Source: Defluviitaleaceae bacterium
GTDB lineage: Bacteria > Bacillota > Clostridia > Lachnospirales > WRAX01
Direction of reading: 5' to 3'
Assembly (NCBI GenBank): GCA_009785555.1
Contig: WQWB01000003.1
Span: forward strand, 2,280-66,279
Length of the DNA stretch: 64,000 bases
The position numbers and the translations under genes are program-made. Below, in pieces: positions 1 to 9,175 of the stretch. Every line of letters starts with the position of its first letter. The stretch's first letter is position 1. The notes under the pieces are model-generated. The model was not told the origin of the DNA and ran no database searches. It was given only the letters and a program-made list of their open reading frames with translations.

Positions 1-186
1 AAGGCATTTAATGTGTACTTAATTATGTACAAATTAATTATAGTATAGTATTTTCTAAATGTCAATATAATCAATTCGATAAATTTCGACATGGAAGAGT
101 ACCGCTTGTTTATCTTGTCTTTTTGGTCTAAAAATGGTACAATCACCATATTCTATATGGACAGGTCTGATTGCATGGAGAAGAGG

Positions 187-1158
187 ATGTCAGAAATTTA
201 TGTATCGGCATCGCCGCATATACGTTCCAAGGAGACGTCCGGCGACATAATGCTGGATGTGCTCATCGCGCTTACGCCTGCAGCCATCATGGGTGCGTAT
301 TACTTCGGTGCGCGCGCGGTGTTTATCGTCGCCGTATCCGTTGCGTCGGCCATTTTGGCGGAGGTATTGTTCTGCGCTATAGTTAAAAGCCGGGGGGTTG
401 CCGCAAAGGATCTCAGCGCGGCGATTACTGGGTTGCTGCTTGGGCTTAGCCTTCCCGTTTCCGTTCCTCTATGGCTGCCTGCCGTTGGTTCTGTTTTTGC
501 CATAATCGTCGTAAAACAGCTCTTTGGCGGCATTGGGCATAATTTTATAAACCCCGCATTGGGCGCACGTGCATTTTTACTCGCCGCCTACCCTCATTTA
601 CTGACAAATTGGTCGGCAGGGCCGTACAGCCGCGTTTTTGACGCCTTCACCGGCGCGACGCCGCTGGCTCATCTATCACAATCAACAGAATCCATGATAT
701 CTGTGGCAAACATTTCAAATACTGACCTGCTCCGTGCATTCCATGGCAATACCTTAGGCTCAATAGGTGAAACTTGCGTTTGGGCGTTACTTCTCGGTTT
801 TACGTATTTGCTTGTAAGGCGCGTAATCTCGTGGCAAATTCCCGTTACGTACATAACGGTTTTTGCCGCTTTGATGTGGATTTTAGGGCGAAACGGAATG
901 TTTACGGGCAATATTCTGTATGAGATAATGATTGGATCGCTGCTTATCGGCGCAATCTTTATGGCAACGGACTATACGACATCACCCATCACAAAAAAAG
1001 GCAGGCTAATTTTTGCCGCCGGATGCGGTGTGCTGCACGCCATCTTCCGCCTATACGGCGGCCAGCCGGAAGGCACTACCTACGCAATCCTTCTAATGAA
1101 CATCGCCACGCCACTCATAAATAGGCTTACAATACCGCGCAAATCAGCAACCACATGA
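187..1158 (+). CDS. rnfD: Rnf electron-transport complex subunit D
   Basis: ORF 91..1158. Polytopic membrane protein with RnfD/NqrB-type region ...FMATDYTTSPITKKG. First of five contiguous or overlapping rnf genes. Start placed at ATG 187 (GGAGAAGAGGA just upstream); ATG 175 or 91 not excluded. Confidence 0.9.
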   Translation: MSEIYVSASPHIRSKETSGDIMLDVLIALTPAAIMGAYYFGARAVFIVAVSVASAILAEVLFCAIVKSRGVAAKDLSAAITGLLLGLSLPVSVPLWLPAVGSVFAIIVVKQLFGGIGHNFINPALGARAFLLAAYPHLLTNWSAGPYSRVFDAFTGATPLAHLSQSTESMISVANISNTDLLRAFHGNTLGSIGETCVWALLLGFTYLLVRRVISWQIPVTYITVFAALMWILGRNGMFTGNILYEIMIGSLLIGAIFMATDYTTSPITKKGRLIFAAGCGVLHAIFRLYGGQPEGTTYAILLMNIATPLINRLTIPRKSATT

Positions 1159-1736
1159 AAACCGCCCTACCCCTATTTATAATAACCGTACTAGTAACGG
1201 CAGCAATCGCCTTTATTCACGGCCTTACGGAAGAACGGATAAAAACAAACGAACATGCCGCGTACACGGCTGCCCTGTCGGCGCTTGTTATCGGTATACC
1301 GGATCCAGTTTTTTCGGAAACACACGAAACAGGCAATAGGACGGGCGTCGTTTCATATACATTAGTTACATCCGGTGGAGAGTTTGCCGCCGTTGTAATT
1401 AATGTTCGTTTTATGGGTGACCAAGGGCCTGCATCGGTAGCCGTAGCCGCTTCCACATGCGGTAGTGTGCTTGGAGTAAAGGTTACATCGCACGAAGAAA
1501 CACCCGGCCTTGGCGCAAACGCGGCAGGTACGGATTTTTTGTCGCAATTCACGGACAAGAGCGGTATTTTTAACGTAGTCCGAACCGCCAACGCCAGGAT
1601 ACATACAAACGATATCATAGCCGTAACGGCCGCCACAAACACATCACGCGCGGTGGCCGACGCGGTAAATGAGGCACTCCGCTTCGCTTCGCAATTAATT
1701 TTAAAATTTTATGCTGAAATTCTTGCCGAAGGGTAA
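1155..1736 (+). CDS. rnfG: Rnf complex subunit G (FMN-binding)
   Basis: ATGA overlap with rnfD stop. N-terminal membrane anchor. FMN-binding-domain signature ...VTAATNTSRAV... as in RnfG/NqrC. Confidence 0.85.
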   Translation: MKTALPLFIITVLVTAAIAFIHGLTEERIKTNEHAAYTAALSALVIGIPDPVFSETHETGNRTGVVSYTLVTSGGEFAAVVINVRFMGDQGPASVAVAASTCGSVLGVKVTSHEETPGLGANAAGTDFLSQFTDKSGIFNVVRTANARIHTNDIIAVTAATNTSRAVADAVNEALRFASQLILKFYAEILAEG

Positions 1737-1742
1737 CTTTGT

Positions 1743-2438
1743 ATGACTCATCCAGATTCCAACCGTTCACATCCATGCACCAAAATCATAAAAAACGGCA
1801 TATTTACGGAAAACCCAATTTTTGTACAAGTTCTAGGCATGTGCCCTGTACTGGCCATAACGACATCCACGCTTAACGGCATCAGCATGGGTGCAGCTAC
1901 GACCGCTGTTCTCACGTTCTCCAATATCTTTATCTCTATATTGCGAAAGGCAGTACCGACAGCCGTGCGAATACCCATTTTTGTTGTAATAATTGCGGGT
2001 TTCGTAACGATTGTGGAGTTCCTTTTGCGCGCATACGTACCCGGTGTATATAGCGCACTTGGAATTTACATTCCTCTTATCGTCGTAAACTGCATTATCC
2101 TTGGCCGCGCAGAAAACTTCGCGTCCAAACACAACCCATTAAGAGCCGCGGCAGACGGCGTGGGAATGGGGCTCGGTTTTGCCATGGCACTTATTATTGT
2201 TGGCGCATTTAGGGAAATTTTAGGAAGTGGTACGTTCCTTTCTGGTACTCCGTTTATGCTTACACTGCCTCCTGGTATCCCGCGTACAATCCTTATAGTT
2301 CTTCCTCCTGGCGGCTTTTTGACACTTGGTTTTGTAATGGCCATCCGTAAGCATATATTGGATAAGAAAAAAACGGTAAAGGTGGCGGAAAATAATGAGT
2401 TTACCCATTGTCTTTCTAAGTGCAGCTCTTGTAAATAA
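1743..2438 (+). CDS. rnfE: Rnf complex subunit E
   Basis: Polytopic membrane protein with ...NPIFVQVLGMCPVLAITTS... and ...IPLIVVNCIILGRAE... typical of RnfE/NqrD. Lies between rnfG and rnfA. Confidence 0.9.
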   Translation: MTHPDSNRSHPCTKIIKNGIFTENPIFVQVLGMCPVLAITTSTLNGISMGAATTAVLTFSNIFISILRKAVPTAVRIPIFVVIIAGFVTIVEFLLRAYVPGVYSALGIYIPLIVVNCIILGRAENFASKHNPLRAAADGVGMGLGFAMALIIVGAFREILGSGTFLSGTPFMLTLPPGIPRTILIVLPPGGFLTLGFVMAIRKHILDKKKTVKVAENNEFTHCLSKCSSCK

Positions 2439-2970
2439 TTTCGTTTTATCGCGCTTTATGGGGCTTTGCCCTTTCCTGGGAGTATCAAAAAACCTAAAAA
2501 CCGCGCTTGGTATGGGCGCGGCTGTTATTTTTGTTATGGGTACATCATCCATCATAACTTTCATTGTAAATGAACATATACTGCTGGCTTATAATTTAGA
2601 ATATCTATACATCATCGCATTTATACTAATAATCGCAAGTCTAGTACAACTTGTAGAAGCCATCATCAAGCGGATAAGCCGCACACTGTATACCGCCCTC
2701 GGCGTGTATCTGCCGCTGATAACGACGAACTGCGCAGTGCTGGGCGTTGCTGTAATTAACATAAGGGAAGAAGAGTTTAGCTTACTTCACGCCGCCGTAA
2801 ACGGCATTAGCGCAGGAGCCGGATTTACGCTTGCACTCCTGCTGTTTGCCTGCATTCGGGAAGAAATGGTAGCGAACGCAATACCGAAAGCATTCCGCGG
2901 CCTGCCTATCACGCTGATTGCAGCCGGGTTAATTAGCATGGCATTCCTAGGGTTTGGTGGCATTTTATGA
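2395..2970 (+). CDS. rnfA: Rnf complex subunit A
   Basis: ...NNFVLSRFMGLCPFLGVS... and ...LPLITTNCAVLGVA... typical of RnfA/NqrE. Overlaps the rnfE 3' end by 44 nt. Confidence 0.9.
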   Translation: MSLPIVFLSAALVNNFVLSRFMGLCPFLGVSKNLKTALGMGAAVIFVMGTSSIITFIVNEHILLAYNLEYLYIIAFILIIASLVQLVEAIIKRISRTLYTALGVYLPLITTNCAVLGVAVINIREEEFSLLHAAVNGISAGAGFTLALLLFACIREEMVANAIPKAFRGLPITLIAAGLISMAFLGFGGIL

Positions 2971-3728
2971 TTTCGTTCGCAAATATTTTGACCGCCGTTT
3001 TTGCGGTTGGTGGCATAGGATTACTGCTTGGGATTGGGTTGTCGTTTGCTGATCGTAAAATCATCCCAGCCACAGATTATACGGATTCTATCACGGATAG
3101 GCTACCCGGCATAAACTGCGGCGCGTGCGGGTACGCCGGATGTACCGGACTTGCTCAGGCGATATCCGGCGGCACCGCAAGCATATCCGATTGCCCCCTA
3201 CTTAAAGATGAGGAACCCAACAGCCAAACCACGGCATTTATAGCCTGTAACGGGCACCTTTCCGTATCTCCGCCAAAGTTTGAATACCAGGGCGAAAAAA
3301 GTTGCCATGCGGCGGCGCTTATAGGCGGCGGCCACAAACAATGCATCTACGGCTGTTTAGGTAACGGAAGTTGTACACTGGCTTGTCCGGAAGATGCAAT
3401 TAAGACAACGGACGGGATAGCTCGCATAAATTCCTCCCTATGCACATCCTGCGGTAAGTGCTTAAAGTCATGCCCAAGGAATTTGATAAAATTAATACAC
3501 ACCAAATCTACGGCCGTACGGTGCAGTGGCAATGACGATGCCAAAAAGACACGCACAATATGCAAATCAGGCTGCGTTGCGTGCAAGCTTTGCATTAAGG
3601 TTTGCAAGAATGGAGCCATAAATATCAAGAATAACCTTGCGGAAATTGACGAAAAATACTGCGAATCCTGCGGGCATTGCGAGGTAGCATGTCCATTTAA
3701 CACCATCACAACTCTACCTATAGTTTAG
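2967..3728 (+). CDS. rnfB: Rnf complex subunit B (polyferredoxin)
   Basis: N-terminal membrane anchor, CGACGYAGC cluster motif, then several CxxCxxCxxxCP ferredoxin motifs. ATGA overlap with rnfA. Confidence 0.85.
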   Translation: MISFANILTAVFAVGGIGLLLGIGLSFADRKIIPATDYTDSITDRLPGINCGACGYAGCTGLAQAISGGTASISDCPLLKDEEPNSQTTAFIACNGHLSVSPPKFEYQGEKSCHAAALIGGGHKQCIYGCLGNGSCTLACPEDAIKTTDGIARINSSLCTSCGKCLKSCPRNLIKLIHTKSTAVRCSGNDDAKKTRTICKSGCVACKLCIKVCKNGAINIKNNLAEIDEKYCESCGHCEVACPFNTITTLPIV

Positions 3729-3770
3729 TTATATTTCTACTTATGGTTTATTTTAACAACCAACGGTATC

Positions 3771-3799
3771 TTGAAACACTGTAAACTACGTGTTATACT
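3771..3799 (+). promoter_or_regulatory. sigma-A-like promoter (TTGAAA-17 nt-TATACT) for the XRE gene
   Basis: TTGAAA at 3771-3776 and TATACT at 3794-3799 with exactly 17-nt spacing, about 45 nt upstream of the AAGGAGA RBS and ATG 3845. Confidence 0.5.
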
Positions 3800-3844
3800 G
3801 TTGTCATTAACTCAATAAAACCACTAAACCAAAAGGAGAAAACC

Positions 3845-4357
3845 ATGACAAACTATTCAAGTAACAATGTAAGCATCGGTGTAAAAATCAACGCATTCCG
3901 AAAACAAAAAGGCATTACGCAGGAAGCATTAGCTGAGCATTTGGGTGTGTCTGCCCAAGCGGTATCTAAATGGGAAAATGACAACGCCTGCCCGGACATC
4001 GGTTTGCTTGTACCTATCGCAAAATTCTTCGGCGTACGCACAGATGACCTTTTAAACAATGATGTACAGGAGGTTATGCTTGTGCCGGAAGAAAGGCGCA
4101 AAAACATTGATGACATGGTATTGCGCGTTATAATAAACAGCCAGCAAGGCGACAAAGTTCGCCTAAACCTGCCGCTTGCGCTGATAAAAGCCGCCGGGCA
4201 AATGGGACTTGAAATGTCGCAGATAAGCGGCGGCAACGAGGCCATGAAAAGTATAGACTTTAACCAAATCATTACACTGATTGAAAAAGGCGTACTGGGG
4301 CGATTAGTGGATATAGAGTCCTCAGACGGCACAACTGTCGTCGTTATGGTGGAATAG
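3845..4357 (+). CDS. XRE-family HTH transcriptional regulator with C-terminal extension domain
   Basis: N-terminal ...KQKGITQEALAEHLGVSAQAVSKWENDNACPDIGLL... is a classic Cro/C1 HTH. About 100-aa C-terminal domain of unknown function. Confidence 0.75.
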   Translation: MTNYSSNNVSIGVKINAFRKQKGITQEALAEHLGVSAQAVSKWENDNACPDIGLLVPIAKFFGVRTDDLLNNDVQEVMLVPEERRKNIDDMVLRVIINSQQGDKVRLNLPLALIKAAGQMGLEMSQISGGNEAMKSIDFNQIITLIEKGVLGRLVDIESSDGTTVVVMVE

Positions 4358-4358
4358 G

Positions 4359-4607
4359 ATGTGGGTGATAATTAAGCGGCAGAATAAGCGAAACATACGC
4401 TTGCCCATACCCATCATGCTTGCAACTAGCCGCATCGGCGCACGGATAATACATAGGCAGATAGCGATAAACGGTGAAAACGCCATGTCGCTGGACGAAC
4501 TGCGCCGTGCGCTCCGGAATCTAAGGAAGACCCTGCGTCGGCACAAGGGCTTAGAAATCGTGAACGCCCAGTCGGCGGCAGGCGAAGGTATTGTCGTTCG
4601 GCTGTAA
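4359..4607 (+). CDS. hypothetical small protein resembling the C-terminal domain of the preceding XRE protein
   Basis: Starts 1 nt after the XRE stop. Shares pattern with the XRE C-terminus (IRLPIPIMLA vs VRLNLPLALI; EIVNAQSAAGEGIVVRL vs LVDIESSDGTTVVVMVE). Confidence 0.45.
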   Translation: MWVIIKRQNKRNIRLPIPIMLATSRIGARIIHRQIAINGENAMSLDELRRALRNLRKTLRRHKGLEIVNAQSAAGEGIVVRL

Positions 4608-4610
4608 AAA

Positions 4611-4637
4611 GGTAGACCCATAATTTTTGGGTCTACC
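4611..4637. terminator. bidirectional intrinsic terminator hairpin
   Basis: GGTAGACCC (4611-4619) pairs with GGGTCTACC (4629-4637). A-run before the stem and T-run in the loop. Lies between convergent genes. Confidence 0.6.
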
Positions 4638-4647
4638 TTATCCAATT

Positions 4648-4974
4648 TTAATGCTTACTCTTTTTCTTGACAGCAACCCAGACTTCTGAAACTTCATCGG
4701 GGTAATCGCCGTCCCCGCGAGGATAAACCTCCATCTGATATTCAGCCGGCTCGTATTCGGAGGCAGGAAAGTATTCCGAATAAATCTTTTTATAGATATC
4801 CTCATCAGCAGTGGATTTGCCATCACCAAAACTGAAACAGCGAAACTTAACCCATGTCCGGGCAGGTATATCCTTTACCAAAAACCCTTCCGGTACGGTT
4901 TCGCCTTCGTATGGGGTTGCAATATAATATATAAAGCTTTCACCGTCATACGACGACCCATCAGCAAATCCCAT
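4648..4974 (-). CDS. GyrI-like (AraC effector-binding fold) domain protein, possibly truncated
   Basis: Pattern ...IPARTWVKF...IYSEYFPASEYEP...EVYP... matches the second half of GyrI-like domains. Only 108 aa. Confidence 0.5.
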   Translation of the reverse strand: MGFADGSSYDGESFIYYIATPYEGETVPEGFLVKDIPARTWVKFRCFSFGDGKSTADEDIYKKIYSEYFPASEYEPAEYQMEVYPRGDGDYPDEVSEVWVAVKKKSKH

Positions 4975-4981
4975 AGTTGAA

Positions 4982-6016
4982 TCATAAAATCTCCCCTTGA
5001 TACCGTGTTATTTTATTATCTTTTATTCCCTTAGCAAGTACCGCTTGTAAAATATCCTCTTTGCTGTCGGCAACCTCATTTGCCGGGAGGTCAAGCATTA
5101 CATCCTCAACCTCTGCCGGGGTGTAGCGGAATTTTCCCGCAACCGCGCCATGAAACTCGCCGTCAATCAATAAATACCATAGAGTATCAGGATATGGGTG
5201 TGAATATCGCTCCTTCAACCAATGGTCGTTAGCTTTGACGAGCATATCATTTCGGTGCATGACAAATATAGACTTCGGCGGTTCGGCATTGTAGGTTTTG
5301 AGCAATGCAATATCATCAGGCAACACATAACCGTGGTCAGTTTCCGCAAGCAATTTTTCTTCGACAAGAGCGGCAATCGCCACCTTGATATCCTTGTCCG
5401 TCCATTTGTAGAAAGACTTCACCATCCTTTCATCAAAGCACACAAGCCGATATGCAAACCGCTTTATAATGATTTTTAAGGCTTCGTTCCGTGTATGCTT
5501 TTGCATATCCGCGTCGGGGAACATATCGGAAAATTTATGCCAACCCCTGTCCCATTCGCCGTCGTACTGGTCCTCATAAATTAAGAACGCTTCTTGTAAA
5601 CGGTGTAGAGCAGGCGTAATTTCCTTAACCAACATACCTGTTTCTTCCTTCATCTGTTGTATGGTCAACGGTTCACGCTCAATCAATTCCAAAAGAGTTG
5701 TATGGCGAAACGTGGGTTTGGTTAAGGGCTTGGTAAAAGCGGCGGCGAACAATTCCAAATCCTCCGGCACTATCCAGCCGAGATTTCCACCCGCAAATCG
5801 CCCTTTGATTAAGCCATGTCTTAATTGGCGTTTGCGGTTGTATCCAATATCATCAAAGTCCGCGCGGAACGACAAGGATGGCGGGTCGCCAAAGCCATGC
5901 CAATAAACATTCAACCCTGGTTGCGAATCAACGTACAGTGCATTGTATTCGTCCTCGTTTGCCTTACGGGTTAAGAATTGCCGCTCCATGCGGAGGGCGG
6001 TTATTTTATCGTTCAT
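4982..6016 (-). CDS. winged-helix DUF1006/YcaQ (AlkZ-like) family protein (tentative)
   Basis: Weak recognition: N-terminal ...LRMERQFL... and C-terminal ...WYLLIDGEFHGAVAGKF... resemble YcaQ-type proteins. Needs HMM confirmation. Confidence 0.45.
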   Translation of the reverse strand: MNDKITALRMERQFLTRKANEDEYNALYVDSQPGLNVYWHGFGDPPSLSFRADFDDIGYNRKRQLRHGLIKGRFAGGNLGWIVPEDLELFAAAFTKPLTKPTFRHTTLLELIEREPLTIQQMKEETGMLVKEITPALHRLQEAFLIYEDQYDGEWDRGWHKFSDMFPDADMQKHTRNEALKIIIKRFAYRLVCFDERMVKSFYKWTDKDIKVAIAALVEEKLLAETDHGYVLPDDIALLKTYNAEPPKSIFVMHRNDMLVKANDHWLKERYSHPYPDTLWYLLIDGEFHGAVAGKFRYTPAEVEDVMLDLPANEVADSKEDILQAVLAKGIKDNKITRYQGEIL

Positions 6017-6030
6017 GGCGTTGTCCTCCG

Positions 6031-6381
6031 TTATAAAATATAAACATTATTTCCGTCCGGGTCTTTTAATTCCATCTTTTCGCCACCCCACGGAGTGATA
6101 AACGGCGGCGGAATCTCATACCCTTTTTGCGTAATTTCGGTGTACGTTTTCTGATGGTCGTCACACTCAAAAACCAAACAAACCGCTCCATCTGTGTGCT
6201 TACCCCATTTGTTTTCATCCCAAATCCGAATGAGCGGAGCATCCTTGATGTAGCCCAAGAACACGCCGTCGTAATTCGGATCATCTTCTATTACGGGGAT
6301 TCCAAGAATATCACGGTAAAATTCAACCAACCGTTTCGGATTTTTAGATGTGATGTTCATGCCTTTGAAATTCTTAATCAT
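6031..6381 (-). CDS. VOC (glyoxalase/bleomycin-resistance fold) family protein
   Basis: Small beta-alpha-beta-beta-beta type sequence (...LVEFYRDILGIPV..., ...ELKDPDGNNVYI). Start moved to ATG 6381 behind GAGAGGAAAAAGCA; the ORF-track start 6435 lacks an RBS. Confidence 0.65.
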   Translation of the reverse strand: MIKNFKGMNITSKNPKRLVEFYRDILGIPVIEDDPNYDGVFLGYIKDAPLIRIWDENKWGKHTDGAVCLVFECDDHQKTYTEITQKGYEIPPPFITPWGGEKMELKDPDGNNVYIL

Positions 6382-6609
6382 TGCTTTTTCCTCTCGCAGG
6401 GCAATTATTGCCAAGTTGACCATTCCAACCACCATTTTTTATCTTTGGCGTTATAATATTCATCATCTATGCACTTGAATTTTTGTGCGGTTATGTGTCT
6501 TCTGTTAGATTTATGGTGAATATTGAATACCGCTTAAGCGTCGTATGTATTTATATGGCAATATAATTAAGTGTCACCCCACCCATAATAATACCTTACA
6601 ACACTCTCG

Positions 6610-7797
6610 TCATACCAATATAACCTCCGCATTATCCACCGCTCCCACAAGCATAACAGGCAGCTCCACCAAACGTTTCTCCATATTCTCTATGACGGAT
6701 TTTTTGGGCTTAAGCTCCGGGTGCTTCGGCACAAACACTGTACAACAGTCGGCGTGCGGGCGCACGGAAATATCGTATGTACCAATCTTCCTTGCCGTCT
6801 CCAAAATCTCTAACTTATCCATTGCCGCAAGCGGGCGCAGAACGGGCAAACCCGCCGCCGAATCCGTCGCGGCGAGAGCATGCATGGTTTGGCTGGCAAC
6901 CTGACCCACACTGTCTCCTGTTATAAGGGCTTGCGCGTTTTCTTTCTCTGCAACAATATTCGCCGCCGTAAGCATCGCCCTTTTTAGGAACAGCGTGAGT
7001 TTAACTTCCGGCACTTTGCCATTTAGATAAAGCATCGCCTCCGTAAGGTTTACCACATATAGCTTAATACCGCCGGTGTAGAAGGACAGGCGTTTCGCCA
7101 AGTCCACCGCCTTTTCCTTCGCAAGCTCCGAAGTATATGGCGGGCTATGGAAATACACGCACACAAGCTCCACGCCGCGCCGCGCCATATTGTACCCCGC
7201 AACGGGACTGTCAAACCCGCCAGAGAGCAGGAGCGCCGCTTTACCGCCGCTACCCGCGGGCAAGCCACCCGGCCCCTTTATCGCCTGGTTGATATAGATA
7301 TAAACCTTTTTGCGTATTTCCACTGTTATCTTAACGTCCGGGGCTATCATCTTAACGGCAAGCTCAGGCATATTCTCCAGCAAATGTGCTCCAACCTGCG
7401 CACTTATTTCCTGCGAATTCAACGGAAATTTCTTATCCGCGCGGGAAGCTTCAACTTTAAATGTACCCCCGGGTATAGCGGCATCTTTCATTAGCGCAAG
7501 CGACAGCTCTTTTATATGCTCAAAATCCGAATTATCCGTAATTACACAGGGGCAAACATATGTAATACCGAAAATATGCGAGATATCATCCGCAACTTTT
7601 TTGGTATCCTTAATCACGCCGCCATCTACAGCCTCCACATACACGCGGCCTTGATCCTTCCTCACCCGCGTAACGTCGGCCAACCCCATGTCTGCCAATC
7701 GGCTCATTATATTGTTTGCAAGTATTGTCTCATGCAGCCGCCGGTTGCCGCCGCGCAGTGCAATTTCGCCATATTTTATTAAAATGCCGTTATACAT
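6610..7797 (-). CDS. thiI: tRNA 4-thiouridine sulfurtransferase ThiI
   Basis: THUMP-type N-terminus and PP-loop ...ALLLSGGFDSPVAGY... Start abuts the stop of the cysteine desulfurase gene. Confidence 0.9.
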   Translation of the reverse strand: MYNGILIKYGEIALRGGNRRLHETILANNIMSRLADMGLADVTRVRKDQGRVYVEAVDGGVIKDTKKVADDISHIFGITYVCPCVITDNSDFEHIKELSLALMKDAAIPGGTFKVEASRADKKFPLNSQEISAQVGAHLLENMPELAVKMIAPDVKITVEIRKKVYIYINQAIKGPGGLPAGSGGKAALLLSGGFDSPVAGYNMARRGVELVCVYFHSPPYTSELAKEKAVDLAKRLSFYTGGIKLYVVNLTEAMLYLNGKVPEVKLTLFLKRAMLTAANIVAEKENAQALITGDSVGQVASQTMHALAATDSAAGLPVLRPLAAMDKLEILETARKIGTYDISVRPHADCCTVFVPKHPELKPKKSVIENMEKRLVELPVMLVGAVDNAEVILV

Positions 7798-8931
7798 CTA
7801 TCTCTGCACCTTTTTATAGATTTCTTCCAATACCATTATCACTTCCCGCGCCTCATGCTCCGTACTATACCTGCTGGCGCTGAATCTTACGGATGATTCC
7901 GCCCGCGCCACACCCAAACCATACGCATACACCACATTCTCTGCGGCGCGTTTTTTGCTGCCCGTACTGCACGCCGCGCCGGGTGACACGCACACGCCGC
8001 GTTCATCCAGGGCGTTTTGCATAACTTCGGCGTTTATGCCAGGAAAGCTGATGTTTACAACGTACGGTGACGTATTTTCACCGTTTATAACCGCGCATGG
8101 TATTATTGATGGTACCTCAACCAAAATATTACGTATTATTTGGACATGTCTCAGATTTTGTTCAAGCCCTTCCGAAGCCTCTCGCGCGGCCTCGCCAAAG
8201 GCACAGATACCCGCCAAATTCTCCGTTCCAGACCTCAGCCTGCCTTCCTGCCCTCCACCGTATAGCATTGGACGCAACCGCCCCTGCAGCTCACGGCGCA
8301 CGTACAGTGCGCCACAACCGCCGATACCGTGTATTTTATGGGATGAAACGGTAACCATGTCCACTTCGCCGGCTAGCTTATGCAAGTCATGCTTGCCAAA
8401 TCCCTGCACGGCGTCAACGTGGAAAACTATATCCTTCCGAACATTCTTTACGGCCTTAGAAAGAGCCTGAATGTCGGAAATAACGCCTGTTTCGTGGTTT
8501 ACGTGCATAAGGCTTACAAATGCCGTGTCGCCGGTTATGTTGCGGGCAAGGTCGTCTGGGCAGATATAACCGTTCTGGCGAGGCTTTATGTATGAAACAG
8601 CTACCCCCGCACCCTCCAAAGCCTTACAGCAAGACAAAACGGACGGATGCTCGGCGGTTGATGTTATAACATGCATCCCCGGACGCTTAACGATACCAAA
8701 AAAAGCCAGCGCATTGGCTTCCGTACCGCCGGACGTAAAAAATACCGTATCAGCGGATACACCCAACAACTCCGCCACGCCGCTCCGAGCTTCCACAAGC
8801 TTTTTAGCAGCCTTTCGCCCAGCTATATGCCCAGCTGACGGGTTGCCGTAACCACCGTTAATTATTTCCATAGCCGCCGCCTTGGCTCGTTCTGAAGGCA
8901 TTGTCGTCGCGGCATTGTCAAAATATATCAT
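7798..8931 (-). CDS. cysteine desulfurase (class V aminotransferase, NifS/NifZ-like)
   Basis: PLP-lysine region ...VTVSSHKIHG... and active-site Cys loop ...SPGAACSTGS... Operon partner of thiI, like the Bacillus NifZ-ThiI pair. Confidence 0.9.
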   Translation of the reverse strand: MIYFDNAATTMPSERAKAAAMEIINGGYGNPSAGHIAGRKAAKKLVEARSGVAELLGVSADTVFFTSGGTEANALAFFGIVKRPGMHVITSTAEHPSVLSCCKALEGAGVAVSYIKPRQNGYICPDDLARNITGDTAFVSLMHVNHETGVISDIQALSKAVKNVRKDIVFHVDAVQGFGKHDLHKLAGEVDMVTVSSHKIHGIGGCGALYVRRELQGRLRPMLYGGGQEGRLRSGTENLAGICAFGEAAREASEGLEQNLRHVQIIRNILVEVPSIIPCAVINGENTSPYVVNISFPGINAEVMQNALDERGVCVSPGAACSTGSKKRAAENVVYAYGLGVARAESSVRFSASRYSTEHEAREVIMVLEEIYKKVQR

Positions 8932-9175
8932 ATTTTTATTATACTGTATTTAACCGCCGCAGTCAAGCATTATACTAATCGGCAATTACTTATCACAGCA
9001 AGAAACCCGAAAAATTATTCGAGACCTTACCGTCATTCATATGTTATAATCATTGATACAGAGGAATTACCTTGAAATAATTATGAGTAGAGCATTTCCG
9101 CAAGTAAAATCAAGATATAACTTTTCAGATACCATATAATAATTTCAGAGTGGTCGAAACGAGGTGAACAGTCAA

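Noticed and set aside
91-186. Upstream extensions of ORFs at rnfD (91), the lipoprotein gene (15973), the YvlB-like gene (13835), the VOC gene (6435), the TraB gene (55419), the ABC exporter gene (61849) and the araC-family gene (51843)
   Set aside because: In each case an internal ATG with a strong Shine-Dalgarno sequence coincides with where conserved or signal-peptide sequence begins. The extensions translate intergenic or repeat DNA.
8932-9163. Search for riboswitches, T-boxes or other known leader RNAs in the long intergenic regions (8932-9163, 17249-17454, 20260-20597, 25013-25327)
   Set aside because: I could not recognise any conserved riboswitch core (TPP, SAM, c-di-AMP/ydaO, T-box specifier/T-loop). 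These spacers are explained by promoters, terminators and the repeat families. A covariance-model scan (Rfam/Infernal) would be needed to be sure.
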